From Anolis carolinensis (taxonomy: Eukaryota): a stretch of DNA of 64,000 bases. Of the stretch, positions 1 to 13,156 are shown piece after piece. Location of the stretch: NCBI RefSeq assembly GCF_035594765.1, contig NC_085846.1, positions 14,929,190 to 14,993,189 of the forward strand. The letters are read 5' to 3'. Both the position numbers and the translations under genes were made by a program. The notes below the pieces were generated by a model that saw only the letters and a list, made by a program, of their open reading frames with translations, searched no databases and was not told the origin of the DNA. Numbering within the stretch: position 1 is the stretch's first letter; every line of letters begins with the position of its first letter.

Positions 1-589
1 CCAGCAACAATATTTGCTGTGACCTATCTGCTGTTGTAGCCCAAGATATTTTGGAAATGAGCAATTAAGACTTATTAGCTTTACAAAAGACCTGCTTTCT
101 GTGAATATGCAGAGAGCCAGATTTCATTTTCTAATGTGAGTCAAGAGAGATGCCTACATCTTTTTTAGACTCGCCAGGCCTGAATTTCCAAAATGCCTGT
201 TCCCTCATCAGCCCTCAATTCACTTCCCTATACATTTATATTGTTTGAACTGGAGTAAGGTTTTGATAAGTTGTCCGCCTGACTGGACAGGGTTAGAAAT
301 CAGATTCTGTATTTTTTAAATATTTTATTTTTGGTGAAGGGGATTACATTGGCACAGTACATAAACTGAAGTTTGAAAGGCTTGACTGAAATCCTGTATC
401 AGTTATACTTAGCTTCATACTTAACTAAAGAATATCTCCTGGCTCGACCCGCCCAAACCAGATGGAAACATCATTCAACCATGCTCTGATTGTTGGCAGA
501 ATAGCCTTCCTTCTCACCATGCAGCTGATGCCCTATAAAGTAGGTTGGGAGATCATGGCAATAGTATCAAAATCATGATTAAGTATCAA

Positions 590-800
590 GGCAGTATAGT
601 GTAACGGTTTGAGCACTGAATTACGACTCTTGTGACCAGGTTCAAATAATTGCTTGCGTGTAACCTTGGATAAGTCACAATTTCTCAGCCTCCGAGGAAG
701 ACAAAGGCAAACTCTCTCTGAATAAATACCACCAAAACACGCCCATTAGAGTCACTTTAGTGTTGAAATCAATCAGAAATGTCTTGGTGTAACAAAATAA
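590..800 (+). mobile_element. Degenerate tRNA-derived squamate SINE
   Basis: Motifs accttggataagtcaca...ctcagcctc...ggcaaac...ctctgaataaat. Related copies at about 1910-2130(-), 9580-9700(-), 29930-30056, 30810-30970, 39695-39840(-), 46935-47090(-), 63450-63610. Confidence 0.6.
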
Positions 801-3800
801 GCAAATGTGAATACAAAAGTTATAGTTGGAGATGTTTAATTATGGAATAAACTGCCTTAGAAGGTTGTGGCCATCTTCCAGGAGTGTTCTAGATGTGTAT
901 TTCTGTGGCAGAAATGCCTTTATAGTCCTTAACCTTATATGACTCTAACAGAACACCCAATAAATATTAACATTTGCTATCCTGAGCTAGCCATATTGCT
1001 GGGGGAGTCTCCAAAGGGGTTGTACATGTATTCAGGAGATAGGAAACCATACCTTACAAAAGTTTGTGATCCCAATGGAATACTGCAACTGCAGGGATTA
1101 TTCCGCTGATAGCATTTAAGCCAAAAGCCATTGGATTTCCATTTCAGAAGTTAGGGCTTCACTTCATGGCCATTACTGTACTTATCATTAGGTTTGGGAA
1201 CCAAATTGTCACTCAACTTTATCCAGAAAATGATCTTGAAAAGGCAGAATAACCTCAAAGAGGTCAAGTTCCCTTTGAAGACCAGCATGTATAGATTGGG
1301 ATAGAGTGTGCATCCCTACCTTCATCTAAGTTGCTTAGGAGAAACGTCCTGAGTAATCTCTTCTATAGCAGGGAATAGCAGCCCATGTGTTCCTTCCAGT
1401 ACTTACAGAAATGGATAGCAGTTGCATTGTGTGGAAAAGTGTAGTATCAGTGTGGGAGGATCAGAGTATTGAACTGGGACTCCGGAGGTCCATTTTCAAG
1501 TCCCCATGGAGCCAAGCGCTTCACTCGAGTCACATCTACACTGCCATATAATGCAATTTGAAATGCATTATATGGTCAGTGTAGACTCATATAATGCAGA
1601 TTGAACTGCATTGAACTGGATAATAAGGGCTACATTGCCATATAATCAAATTCAATCTGCATTATAATGGCAGTGTAGATGGGACCTCATTTACCTGTGG
1701 TTAGTCACTCTCTTGGCCTGGGATGCCTCACAAGTTCATGCCCTCTAATTGTCCTGATTTGGCAGGAACAGTACCAATTAATCCTCTGTTATTCAAGGTT
1801 TTCATCTGCTTTTACAAGGTACGGTTTCTCTCTCCACCTTCTGCTTTCCTCTTTTGTCCTGTTTCTTCTTCAGTTGCTTCAAAGGGATTTCAAAGTGCAA
1901 AAGTCATTCTTGCTGTTGTTGGGTACCTTCAAGTTGATTCTGACTTGTGGTGATTCTAAGGCAAACCCATCACAAGGTTTTCGTGACAAGATTTGTTCAG
2001 AGGAGGGTTGCCTTTGCCTGTCACCGAACTGAGAGAAGATGACTTGTCGCTCGGTGGGTTTCCATGGCCAGGAGGGGATTCAAATGTGATCTCCACAGCC
2101 ATAGCCCAATGATGAGAGCATTACACCACCATACTCAGTTAATTCAGCAGGGGGAGAGAGGAAGGGACAGAATCTTGTCCTTCCCTGTAGACTGGGGCAA
2201 AATCAGACAGATGTGGCCTATCCTAGTTTGTTAACAATTTTTGCCACACTCTGATGTAGCTTGGTCACATATGTCCCAGTTTTTATCAGTGAAATGGAGG
2301 CCATGCAAGTTCTTCTGAGGAGAGGCATGTATGTAACACTTATGAATGATAGGTATGGCCCAGTGGGTGAAAAAACCCTAAAAAGGAGTGTACTTGCTAG
2401 GTCAGTCCAGAAAGAAAAAGTGAGGGGGAGAGATCTGGGAAGAAGAGGAGCTGTGCTTGCCAGGGACTGGAATGAGGCCCTTCTCACTTTGAACTGTGAC
2501 TTTCAAGTTGTCTAAAATAACTCTGAACTGCAAGATTCCTGCAAGCAAGTCTTGCTTGGTGGAGTGTGTATAGACTGTATGTGTTCTGGATTCACTACAA
2601 AAATGCAGACTTTTTTTTTATTTGAAAACACACTCTCTCTCTATATATATATCTTAAAATTGTTTAAACTTCCGTAAATATATTTGTGATACCCATGCAT
2701 AAATGATCCAATCAGCTCATGGAAGTGGTACATACACACTGCCTTTTGCTCACTGGCAGAATGTAAATGTAACTGTCAAGAGATGTAAATAATACATTGA
2801 TGTCTTGGGGGTTTATGCCAAGAATGGGCAAAATCTGGCCACCAAATTCCAACTTTCCTCAACACTGACTAGCTTAGCTGGGTATGATGGGTGTTTTAGT
2901 TAAAAAAATCTAGACTGCCATATCTTGCCCATCCTTACTTTTCATGGATGCTATTCTGCTAAGACGAAGGGACTTGGCCAACAAAGACGGATTATTTGAC
3001 ATCCTTTGTCCGAGATGATGTCAGTCTAGGAGAGCAATATGGCACCTGAATTTCACAGATGTTGTTGGCTCCTTGCCTTGAGCTTCTAATGGACAGCTTC
3101 TGTCGCCAGAGTGGATAAGTGGGGAAGCATCTATACCTTCACAAACTGTTGTCTAGACAGTTGTCTTTGCCTAACCTCCCTCCCACTTCCTCGCACTGCC
3201 AAATCTGCCTCTTGAATATCAGCTCCGATAGTTGGCTGCCTGCACAGAAGATCCGTCAAGAGCCCCGAGGGGGCTGGGTAACCTTTGCAAACATGCTGTG
3301 ATGATCTCTCCCTGGCTGCTTCAAGCCTGCAGGGCAGCTGCAATGTTTGCGGCATCAAGAACGGATCCTGCATCTGGGGTGCCGGGGCAGGAGGACGGCA
3401 TCCCAGCAGCACTTGGCCTGCCTCTTTGGTCCCTCCAATACAACCCATGCCTCCGACCTTCCCCTCTAAGCCTCCTCAGACCCCAAGGCTCTATTTCCCT
3501 CCTTCTTGCTTCATTCAACAAGCTCCCTTTCTCTCAGTCCTGGTCCTGGACTGCAGCCATTTCTCCTAGACAAGAAAAAAAAAAACCCAGATCACATTTC
3601 AGGACACTCTCTCTGCGTACAAACAGCCGCCTCCATCCCGGAGGCAGCTATGTGGTGATGCCGGGCAAGGGATCCCTGCTTCTTCTTCCCTTATTTTATT
3701 CCTCACTCCTACCCTGAGTTTCTCTGGCCTGTGTGGAGGAGGGGGGCTGGGAATCAGCAATTTTGCTCAATTAGCTGATGTTTCCTAGTGTGTGGAATAT

Positions 3801-3806
3801 CATCCA

Positions 3807-3820
3807 GTTGCCATGACAAT
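3807..3820. promoter_or_regulatory. RFX X-box-like motif in a GC-richer, repeat-poor segment
   Basis: GTTGCCATGACAAT resembles the GTNRCCATGRYAAC consensus; a second half-site-like CCTAGGTAAC lies at about 4142-4151. Confidence 0.35.
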
Positions 3821-4740
3821 GGGAGTACCACAGTAACCCAACAGGCTCCCTTTTCTTGTTCGCTACCTACTTCTCCCCATGCCACGCTGGCACGAGGAGT
3901 TATACAGGGATAGGAGTGGGAAGGAACCCCAGGAATGGGGTTGGGCCCAGCTCTTTTTTGCCTCTACGGGGGAAACCAATTTCTCTTTTCCCCCCTCTAC
4001 CCAACTTTTCTTTTCATCTTGAGAAATTTCGGCACGTCCTCCTCGGATCCTATAGCGAGAAGTAAATTAGGCAGGCTCTTAGCAGGAAGTTCCATTGACA
4101 GGGCAATTTTCTTGCCATCATGGGCACGTGGGTGTTTGACACCTAGGTAACGCCTGCCCTGGATTTCGTGCCAGTTCTTTCTCTGGTTCCACTTCCTCCT
4201 CATATTAGCAACTTTCTGGACACCCAAGACACCAAGGCAGTTATATTCATGCTGTATTTTTGCCCTCACAAAGCCTTTTGTGGTGCCCTAATCCAAGAGA
4301 CTACAGGTAGGTTAAAGGACTTGTGGAGATGGGTAACCCAAATCCAGCGAATTCTTGAACAATCTCACATGTCATCTCAAATTTCATAGATGAAAACTGG
4401 GCTAAACAAGATCAGAGTGTGATCAAGGTCTTCATGAGGAAGACCACATAAGCTAGTCATTTGTTTTTGTCTGCATCTACAGGGAAGGGCAAACCTTCTG
4501 AGTATAGACTACTTTTGCTCTTTGCACTCAGTTTTTAGCAGGGGTCCCCAAACTAAGGTCCACAGCCCAGATATGGCCTTCCAAGGTCATCTACCCCTCC
4601 CTAAACTTTAGACTTAGGGCCGCCCTAAGCGGGAAATTACTTGCAGACACACAACAACAATCCTAATTCACTTGACTATTCCATGAGCCAAAAAACAGGA
4701 CCATACTTCCCACTGAAATATTAGTATGTTTATATTGGTT

Positions 4741-5059
4741 GGGAGCCCCCAGTGGTGCAGCAGATTAAACCTCTGAGCTGCTGAACTTGCTGACCAAAAG
4801 GATGGTGGTTCAAATCCCGGGAGCAGGTTGAGCTCCTGCTGCTAGCACCAGCTTCTGGCAACCTAGCGCTTCGAAAACATGCAAATGTGAGTAGATCAAT
4901 AGGTACCACTCCGGCGGGAAGGTAATGACGCTCTATGCCAGGGGTCCCCAAACTAAGGCCCGGGGGCCACATGTGGCCCATCGAAGCTATTTATCCGGCC
5001 CCCACAGCACTAAGGCAGAAGGAGGTTGGGCTAAATGACCCAAGGGTTTTCCTCTTCTC

Positions 5060-5107
<48 letters not shown>

Positions 5108-5673
5108 ATTGAGGCTGGGAGGCCATATGTCAGGGGTGCTTTGCTTGTGCTTTTGATGCGCAAAGGCAGAAGAGTGTTGGACTAAATGGCCCAAGGGGTC
5201 TCTTCCAACACTCTTTATTGTTGCTGTTGTTGTTGTTGTTGTTGTTGTTATTAACAACATTGAGGCTGGGAGGCCATCTGTCAGGGGTGCTTTGCTTGTG
5301 CTTTTGGTGCACAAAAGCAGAAGGGGGTTGGACTAAATGGCCCAAGGGGTCTTTTCCAACACTCTTTATTACTGTTGTTATTATTACTATTATTATTAGT
5401 AATAGTATTAACATTGAGGCTGGGAGGCCATCTGTCAGGGGTGCTTTGCTTGTGCTTTTGGTGCACAAAAGCAGAAGGGGGTTGGACTAAATGGCCCAAG
5501 GGGTCTCTTCCAACACTCTTTATTACTGTTGTTGTTATTATTACTATTATTATTAGTAATAGTATTAACATTAAGATAGGGAGGCCATCTGTCAGGGTTG
5601 CTTTGCTTGTGCTTTTGGTGCTCAAAGGCAGAAGGGGGTTGGACTCAATGGCCCAAAGGGTCTCTTCCAACCC

Positions 5674-5729
<56 letters not shown>

Positions 5730-5956
5730 GCTTGGTGGCCAACTATAGTCCGGCCGTCCAATGGTCCGAAGGATCGTGAACTGGCCCCCTGTTTAAAAAG
5801 TTTGGGGACCCCTGCTCTATGCAGTCATACCGGCAGCATGACCTTGGAGGTGTCTATGGACAATGCTGGCTCTTCAGCTTAAAATGGAGATGAGCACCAC
5901 CCTACAGAGTCTGATACGACTAGATTTAATGTCAGGGGAAAACCTTTACCTTTACC
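4741..5956 (+). mobile_element. Sauria SINE, interrupted by a hAT MITE
   Basis: gggagcccccagtggtgcag head, aaacatgcaaatgtgagtagatcaatagg core and (ACCTTT)n tail. Confidence 0.9.
4939..5814. mobile_element. Young hAT MITE with internal tandem array of CR1 3-prime ends
   Basis: Perfect TIR CAGGGGTCCCCAAACT and perfect 8-bp TSD CTCTATGC (4931-4938, 5815-5822). Internal repeat units start at 5106, 5257, 5411, 5568. Confidence 0.9.
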
Positions 5957-7499
5957 TTATGTGAGTTAAAATTGTTTTTCATGTATTGTTCTTTCATGGT
6001 TGTTTGCAGTACAAATAAGTTATGTGCAGTGTGCATAGGAATTCATTCATTGTTTTCAAACTATAGTCTGGCCCCCCAAAGGTTTGAGGGACCGCAAACC
6101 AGCCCTCTGTTTAAAAGGTTTGAATATCCCTGGTTTATAGTAATTTAATAAATAGGAACATTTGGAGTAGAAGAGAGAAACTGGGATATTTTAAAAACAG
6201 CTGAAAAAGTCAGATGGTATAGAATTAATCAGGCCCATCTCATTCAAACTGGAGCAGTTGGATGGTATGGCTTTTCAACCAGGTAGGTTGGCTGCTTACA
6301 TATTGCCTCCCTCACCAGAAAAGAGGAGCTGTATCAGGGCACAGGACTGCATCAAATTTGCATGGGCTAATTTATATGCATAGATGCCAATTTAGAAATA
6401 ATTACCATCATTTAAATAGAAATGCATGACATCATACCGCAGTAGGCAAGGCAGCCACCTGTGTGACTGCTCAGTCTGAAGTAAAGGTGCAAAAGATTGA
6501 TAATTTCCCTATCTTGTATTTATGTTTTAAAATACTGAACATAGACTGGAGAGCACATGAAAAAGTTGTCTTTTAATAATGGACTGTCTTCTGAAAGCCC
6601 TTCAAACAGAGGGATATCTACCTACATATTTGACAGTTCCTTATATCCTAACCCCAATTCCAATTTAAGGCAACCTTCTTCTAGGATTTCCTTAGCAAGA
6701 TTTACTCAGTGGAGATTTGCTATATTTGAACCTTGTTGTCTTAGGCCCCTTCTATACTGCCTTATATCCCAGGATCTGATCCCAGATTATATCATCTTCT
6801 TATCCCAGATTATATGACAGTGGGGGCTCATATAATCCAGTTCAAAGCAGATAACCTGGGATTGCTAGTACTAAAATCACTGCACCATGTTGGATAATTC
6901 CTATTTCTAGTTCAATCTTGCTACCTTTATTATTGTTGTCATTCTTAGGTTGATAATAGTTGTGTGCAAACCAGTCTTAAACTGAGAATGCAGAAGCCTT
7001 GACTGCAACAACCCTTGCTTTTCATGAATGGAGATCCATGCATCAACAGTGGGGTATTGTATGTATTGTTACCCGTTAGTCGTCCCTGAGGTTTCTGGTC
7101 CAAAATCAGAGATCTAGGGAGACTCTGGTGGTATCATTAAGCATTGCATTAAGTACCAACCACAATTGCTCACAGATTTTCATTCAAATATACACCCACA
7201 GAACATATTTTCTGCTTGGAAATTATGACAGTAGTCTTCGCTAAAGGGTGTGTTCCCATATCAAGGTGAAATGAGGGCATTATGCTTTGTCATTTACCTG
7301 GGAAGAGAGGAAACAGAGCGTATCATCTGGCCTACTTAATAGTATACAGAAAGTGGACGCAGAGCAGAGGGTGAGTCCTGGCATTACGACAATAGAGAGG
7401 GATAAAGGAAGCTTATTGAAGTAAAATACCGCTATATAAGAAGACCCCATGGAAAGTCAGTGTAAATTGCAGCAAGAAATCAATGAAGCTTTGCAAACT

Positions 7500-8680
7500 A
7501 GCATGATGGTTCCAGTCCTTCCTAATGGACCATCTCCAGAAGGTGGTGTTAGGGGAGCCTTGCTCGGCCCCATGGCCTGTAAATTGTAGGGTCCCTGATG
7601 TTATTTATTCCTGATGTTATTTAACATCTACATTAAACTGCTGTGAGAGATCATCCAGAGTTTTGGAGTTCGGTACCATCTCTACCCGGATGATGCCCAG
7701 CTCTATTACTCATTTCCATCAGATGCCAAGGAAGCAGTTCCACACCTAAAACAGTGTCTGGGGGTGATAATGGACTGGATGAGGGCAAACAAATTGAAGC
7801 TTAATCCAGATAAGACGGAAGTAATGCTGGTCTCGCGTAAGATCGATCCGAGAATAGGGTCACAACTTGAGCAAGATGGGGTTACACTCCCCCTGAAATC
7901 TCAGTTGATTCTGGACTCCGACTTAAACTTGGAAGCTCAGGTGACGGTGGTGACCAGGACTGCCTTTGTACAATTAAAACTGGTGTGCCAACTGCGCCAG
8001 TTCCTGGAGAAATCTGACTTGGCTACGGTGGTACATGCACTGGTTTGGACTACTGCAATGCATTCTAGGTGTGAAGGTGTCTGGAACCTTCAATTTGTTC
8101 AAAGAATGGCAGCCAGGTTACTCACCGGATCTACTCCTCTGCTGAAACAATTCCACTGGATGCCAATTTGTTTCCAGGCCCAATTCAAGGTGCTGGTTTT
8201 AACCTATAAAGCCCTACACGGCTTTGGTCCAGGCTACTTGAGACACCTACGATACAGACCAGGCAGACCACTCAGATGTACGGATAATCTATGGCTAAAA
8301 ATTTCTAGAGAAGGCATATTTTCCAGAGCAACACCAAAGCTATGGAATGAGCTGCCGGAAGAAATCAGAGCAGTTCCCTCCCTGATGTCTTTCAGAAAAG
8401 CACTGAAGATTTTCCTATTTGAAAAAGCTTTTAATTGATTTTATTGAGTCCTGACTTTTGTGGATATGTGGGAATTTTTAGAGGTATTTAATTGAATTGA
8501 ATTTTATCACCTGATACACTAAAGCATCCTTGTAACTTTTATGGTTTAATAGTTTGTTTTAATGAATGTTTTAATGAATGTTTTATGTTACTTTGCTTAT
8601 TTTATTGATGTTGTGCGCTGCCTTGGGTCCATTTGGAGAAAGGCAGCATAGAAATTCCTAAAATAATAATAAATAATACT
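7500..8680 (+). mobile_element. L2-clade LINE, 3-prime fragment (degenerate RT ORF)
   Basis: LFNIY...YPDDAQLY (YADD variant), WMRANKLKLNPDKTEV, QAQFKVLVLTYKALHG; frameshifted, with an (AAT) tail. Confidence 0.85.
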
Positions 8681-8815
8681 AAAGCCATATTCTGGATCCT
8701 GGATGTCTCCGAGTGTACTTGCCCCCCTCTGAATATCCTTGTAATTTCAGCTGCCTTATACTGAACAGACAGATGCTACAGTTGTGTTGTAAACTGAATG
8801 AAAGAGGACAACAAA

Positions 8816-9204
8816 GGCCCTTTCCACACTGCCCCTATATCCCAGAATCTGATCCCAGATTATCAGGCAGTGGAGACTTATACAATCCAGTTTTTTTTCT
8901 GTGTCAGGAGTGAACTGAGTTGCAAGTCGCTTCTGATGTGAGAGAATTGGCTGTCTGCAAGGACATTGCCCAGGGGACGCCCAGATCTTTTGATGTTTTA
9001 CCATCCTTATGGAAGATTTCTCTCATATCTCCATATGGGGAACTGGAGCTGACAGAGGGAGCTCACCCACTCTCCCCGGATTCAGTAAGCAGTCTTACCG
9101 GCACAAGGGTTTACCCCACTGCGCCATCGGGAGCTCCACAATCCAGTTTAAAGCAGATAATCTTGGATCAAATCCTAGGATATTGGGGCAATGTAGAAGG
9201 AGCC
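8816..9204. mobile_element. Harbinger-type palindromic MITE with an inserted SINE
   Basis: Termini ggccctttccacactgcccc...ggggcaatgtagaaggagcc; same family as 47761-47914. Confidence 0.7.
8894..9137 (-). mobile_element. SINE with Sauria-like head and Vingi-like 3-prime end
   Basis: 12-bp TSD ACAATCCAGTTT (8882-8893, 9138-9149) and poly(A) tail on -. Confidence 0.75.
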
Positions 9205-12200
9205 AAAGAAAACACTAGGATGCAACGGATTGGTTGAAATATTTGATTTTACTTTTAAAAACAACAAAAGGGAAGCAAATGGCAGGAATTCCAACTCAAA
9301 TGGCTGGTATAGAAGCAATCTGAGCATGGTTAAAATATACAAGGAGAGCAAGGAGGGCAATTTTTATCCATAGGTGCCAGAAAGGCTGGATCTACACTCC
9401 CATATAATCAAGTTTCTGAATCCAGCTTATCTGCTTTGAACAGGATTATATGCATCTACACTGCCAAAAACTCCAGTTCAAAGCAGATAATCTGGATTCA
9501 GAAAATGGATTAGCGTATATGACAGTGTAGATCCAACCTTGCTGGCACCTAACAATAACTTGTTTTTGAGCTGTGGTGGCCATACCACTGGGTTTTCTTA
9601 GCAAAATTTGTTCAAGAGTTTAGCCATTGCCTTCCTCTTCGGTTGAGAGAGTGTGACTTGTCCTGGTGGGTTTTACGGCTGATGGGGCATTCAAACCCTT
9701 TAATCCCTACATGTCATAAAACCACGAATGGGCTGTATAAAGAAGGGACAGAATGAAGCATGTTCTTGATTGTTTGCTTTTAACACATAGTTATTGGCAT
9801 CAGGGCAACACGGTGTTTCTTAAACACTTGGATTTCTGAGTCAAGAGAAAGGATCAAGATATAAAGAAGAAGGGGAGAATTTCCTAGGAAAGTAACATAA
9901 AGAAGGAGGGCATAGGAGACTCAAATTTCACCGAACAGGTTTTACTTGCCTTGAGGTAGTTATCCCCTTATCTTAGTGATCGTTTGATTGATGGATTGAT
10001 TGTTTGCTTACAAAAGGCACATAAAAGGAAATATAAATCTACTTGTGGAGTCTCAAATAATTTTGCATTTTACTTTCACCAGCTCCCAGATCAGATGATC
10101 AGTACCTAGTCTGTGCATTTTTTCTAGACATTGCTTTGCTGAATAGAACATATCTTTAAGACCAAGCCAAATGGTTTTCAGATTTCAGTAACATTCACAT
10201 GACCACACAATTATAATGCTAGATTCCACTTAGATGTTGTTGGACTACAACTCGCAGCATTCCTCACTACTACTGATGGTGGGCAAGGATGCTTGGATTT
10301 GCACTTCAGCAACAAGCAGAGGGCAATATTTTGCCCACTCTGGTCCATTTTATTACACAGGTCAGCAAGAACATTAAAGTACACTTTCAAGTGCAAATAG
10401 AATGTCTTAGCACCTTTCTGTCAATGTACAGAAGGCAAATTTCCATTTTAAAATAAAAGTATATACTAGCCCTTCTCAGTTACAAAGCCCAGGATTCTGT
10501 AGAATGAAGACATGGCAGTGAAGATAATCTCAAACTGCTACAATTATACGGTGTGGATGCATTGTCCTACAAAATCCAGAACAGCTGACAAATATTTCTT
10601 GGCTTCCTCTGTTTCCCAATTGGCACCAGATCATGTAGCTCCCCCATTTGGCACTGGCATCTTTGCGTGATTACAGAAATGTGTCAGAAAGTCCCCAAAA
10701 ACCCCTAGCACTAGAAAGAAAAACATCGCAGAATATTTGTGATCGGTTGATATGTCAGTCGGAGATTGTTTCAAGTCTCTTTCCCACTATACAGTTATAT
10801 AGTGCATCTACAATGTGGAATTAATGCAGTCTGACACTTTAACTGCCATGGCTCAATACTGTAGAATCCTGGAATTTGTAGTTTGTAGTTTGGCTGAGAA
10901 AGGAAAAGACCTTGCAAAACTACAATGCCTACGATTCCATTGCAGGCATGGGCAAACCTCTGCCCTCGAGGTGTTTTTGGACTTCAACTCCCAAAATTCG
11001 TAACAGCCTATTGGCTGGGAGTTGAAGTCCCAAACACCTGGTGGGTCGAAAATTGTCCATGTTTGTTGAGCCGTGGCTGTTAAAGTGATATCAGATGTCA
11101 ACAGTATAGATGCAACCATAATGTTGTGAGCCCACTTTAATTTCCAGGGCTGCATATTAATGAATTCTGGAATTTTTAGTTTCATAAGGCACTGGGGCTC
11201 CCTAACGGTGGTGTCTAACTGCCCTTCCTTAAACTGCAAATCCTAGGATTCCACAAGATGGAGCCAGGGCAGTTTAGGTGAGGTGGTAATACTATAATTA
11301 TGTACTCTGAAGGGATCCACAGGAAAACAGAGCTTGGAAACATTACTTTTTTCTGGACAATAACTCCACCAAACTACCAGTCACCATGGTTGCAGTGCTC
11401 CAAAGTACCAAGCTCTGCCAAGATGCCTTTGCACATACTGTATATTACAGAGCTACTCTGAATGATGAAGAACGGTGGGACACATTCTATTGAACGCAGC
11501 AGACATTTCACATTGTGGTTGCCAATTCCTGAAAATTGTCATCCACATCCAATTTCTGAATTCAGTACAACCTGACTTGGAGGAGCCCAAGCTGTTACTG
11601 TTTTGTGAGGGTCAGACAGTACAAAGCCCAATGCGAAAATGGCACAGCTGCCTATATTATATGCCTCTGCTTTGAATTTCTTTGGTGGCCCAAGTGAGTC
11701 TTCTTACTATCCCAAAGAAAGTGCGGTCAGGTTGACATATGTAGCAGAATGCGATGGGAGAATCTGAGCTGGCTGATATATATATATCCATATAATGCAG
11801 TATGAAACCTCTGTTTGAAATTGCATTATATGAGTCTACATTGCAGTTTAACTAAATTGAACTGGATTATATGGCAGTGTGGATGGGACCTGAATGGCTG
11901 AGGCTACTCTTACAGGGTATAGGGAGAGAGAATGCCTTTTAAAAAGACTCTCCTTTATGTATTATTTCTTTTACAATACCCTGCAAATGGAAACCAGCAC
12001 CTCAAGCAGTATGTTTATTTAGCCAGATTGGCTCTGCTGATAACAATGGTTAAACATATATACACACATGCTGTCAAAAGTGGGAAAGAACCTTGCGGTG
12101 TATTTAAAATATGTTGATTTATTTCAGCACACCTTTTGGGAAGATACAGCCCACTTCTTTAGGAACAAAGAGGTACCTCAATCTCCTGATAACTGTGGTG

Positions 12201-13156
12201 TTCCAAGGTCAAGTAACACATAGGACCTCATCTCACACTCACACACACACACCAGAATATGCTTTTTAACCAGTGCATCAAACAGCCAGTGGTGCTCCGC
12301 TTCAAAGAGGAGTGTGAGGAATCTGGCGTCCCACGCCCCATATCACCCAAATCCATGGGAAGGCAATCGCATAGGGGAGAGGTGTGAGCATGCATGGTGT
12401 GCATGGCTTCCCCCATAGATTTAATGGCAACACAGGGTTCATGGGTAACCTGAGCTAGAATCAGCGCATGCCACCAATTTTAGCCCAATATGATGAGGTT
12501 GTTGGTAAGCAACCCGTAGTTTAACAAGGCAAGATGAGGGCTGGATAAATACAGGATACATGCCCACCCAATCACACGCCGGTTCTCGCCTTCCCATATC
12601 AAATAAAATAACGAGCCTTTGACTCATCACACGGCCAACCGATGACTCTTGCCATTCCATCTGATATTCCCCAACATCACTGTCTTTTCTTTGAAAAATA
12701 TTTTTGCAAGATCTTGTGTAATTTTGTTCTTTTGTCCCAATGGAGAAACATTAAAACATTTTTGGTTCCTACCGAGTTGCGTAATTTCAATGTTAAAAAA
12801 GAAAACAAGGGAAAGTGGGAAACATTTGTGGCTGCACATGTTCTTTCTTGGGCTGCCATTGGAATTGTACTGCTGGCTACTTTGACAAAGGAGAATCGAG
12901 TGGTAGGACATGACAGCCTACAAAACATGCCTCGAAAGACACCTCACTAGCACAGAAGGTGGTCTGGGAGTATGGTCACACACACACAAATTTGATGTAT
13001 GTAGAGAAATTAGAGATGAATGAAGTCAATTCTCACCTGTTTTACAGTAGATACACATGGCAGATCCTTCGCCTATGAGTGGTTACAGGTTAGCAACAAA
13101 ACGGACAGAGCATCGCTTGATAATAACCGCAGACACAGGGCACTAGAAATGGGATA

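Larger units (their letters stand above)
4539..6132. mobile_element. Non-autonomous hAT element (outer), carrying nested insertions
   Basis: Termini CAGGGGTCCCCAAAC...TTTGAATATCCCTG; 8-bp TSD GTTTTTAG/GTTTATAG. The body matches the copy at 40840-41527. Confidence 0.8.

Noticed and set aside
3131-3717. Several overlapping ORFs as protein-coding exons
   Set aside because: No family resemblance, and no downstream exons could be joined in frame.
5010-5730. Repeat-spacer array superficially like a CRISPR array
   Set aside because: Eukaryotic context; the units are about 110-bp CR1 tails and the spacers are microsatellites; no cas genes.
4935-5882. ORFs with poly-L/N/T/I/Y tracts (also 15637-15846)
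   Set aside because: Translations of (TTA)n and (TTG)n microsatellites inside repeats.
7764-8438. 224-aa ORF as a host gene
   Set aside because: Degenerate L2 LINE ORF2 remnant.
12484-12541. Possible C/D box snoRNA (ATGATGA with GCCC/GGGC ends)
   Set aside because: No CTGA D box at the 3-prime end, too short, and not in an evident host intron.
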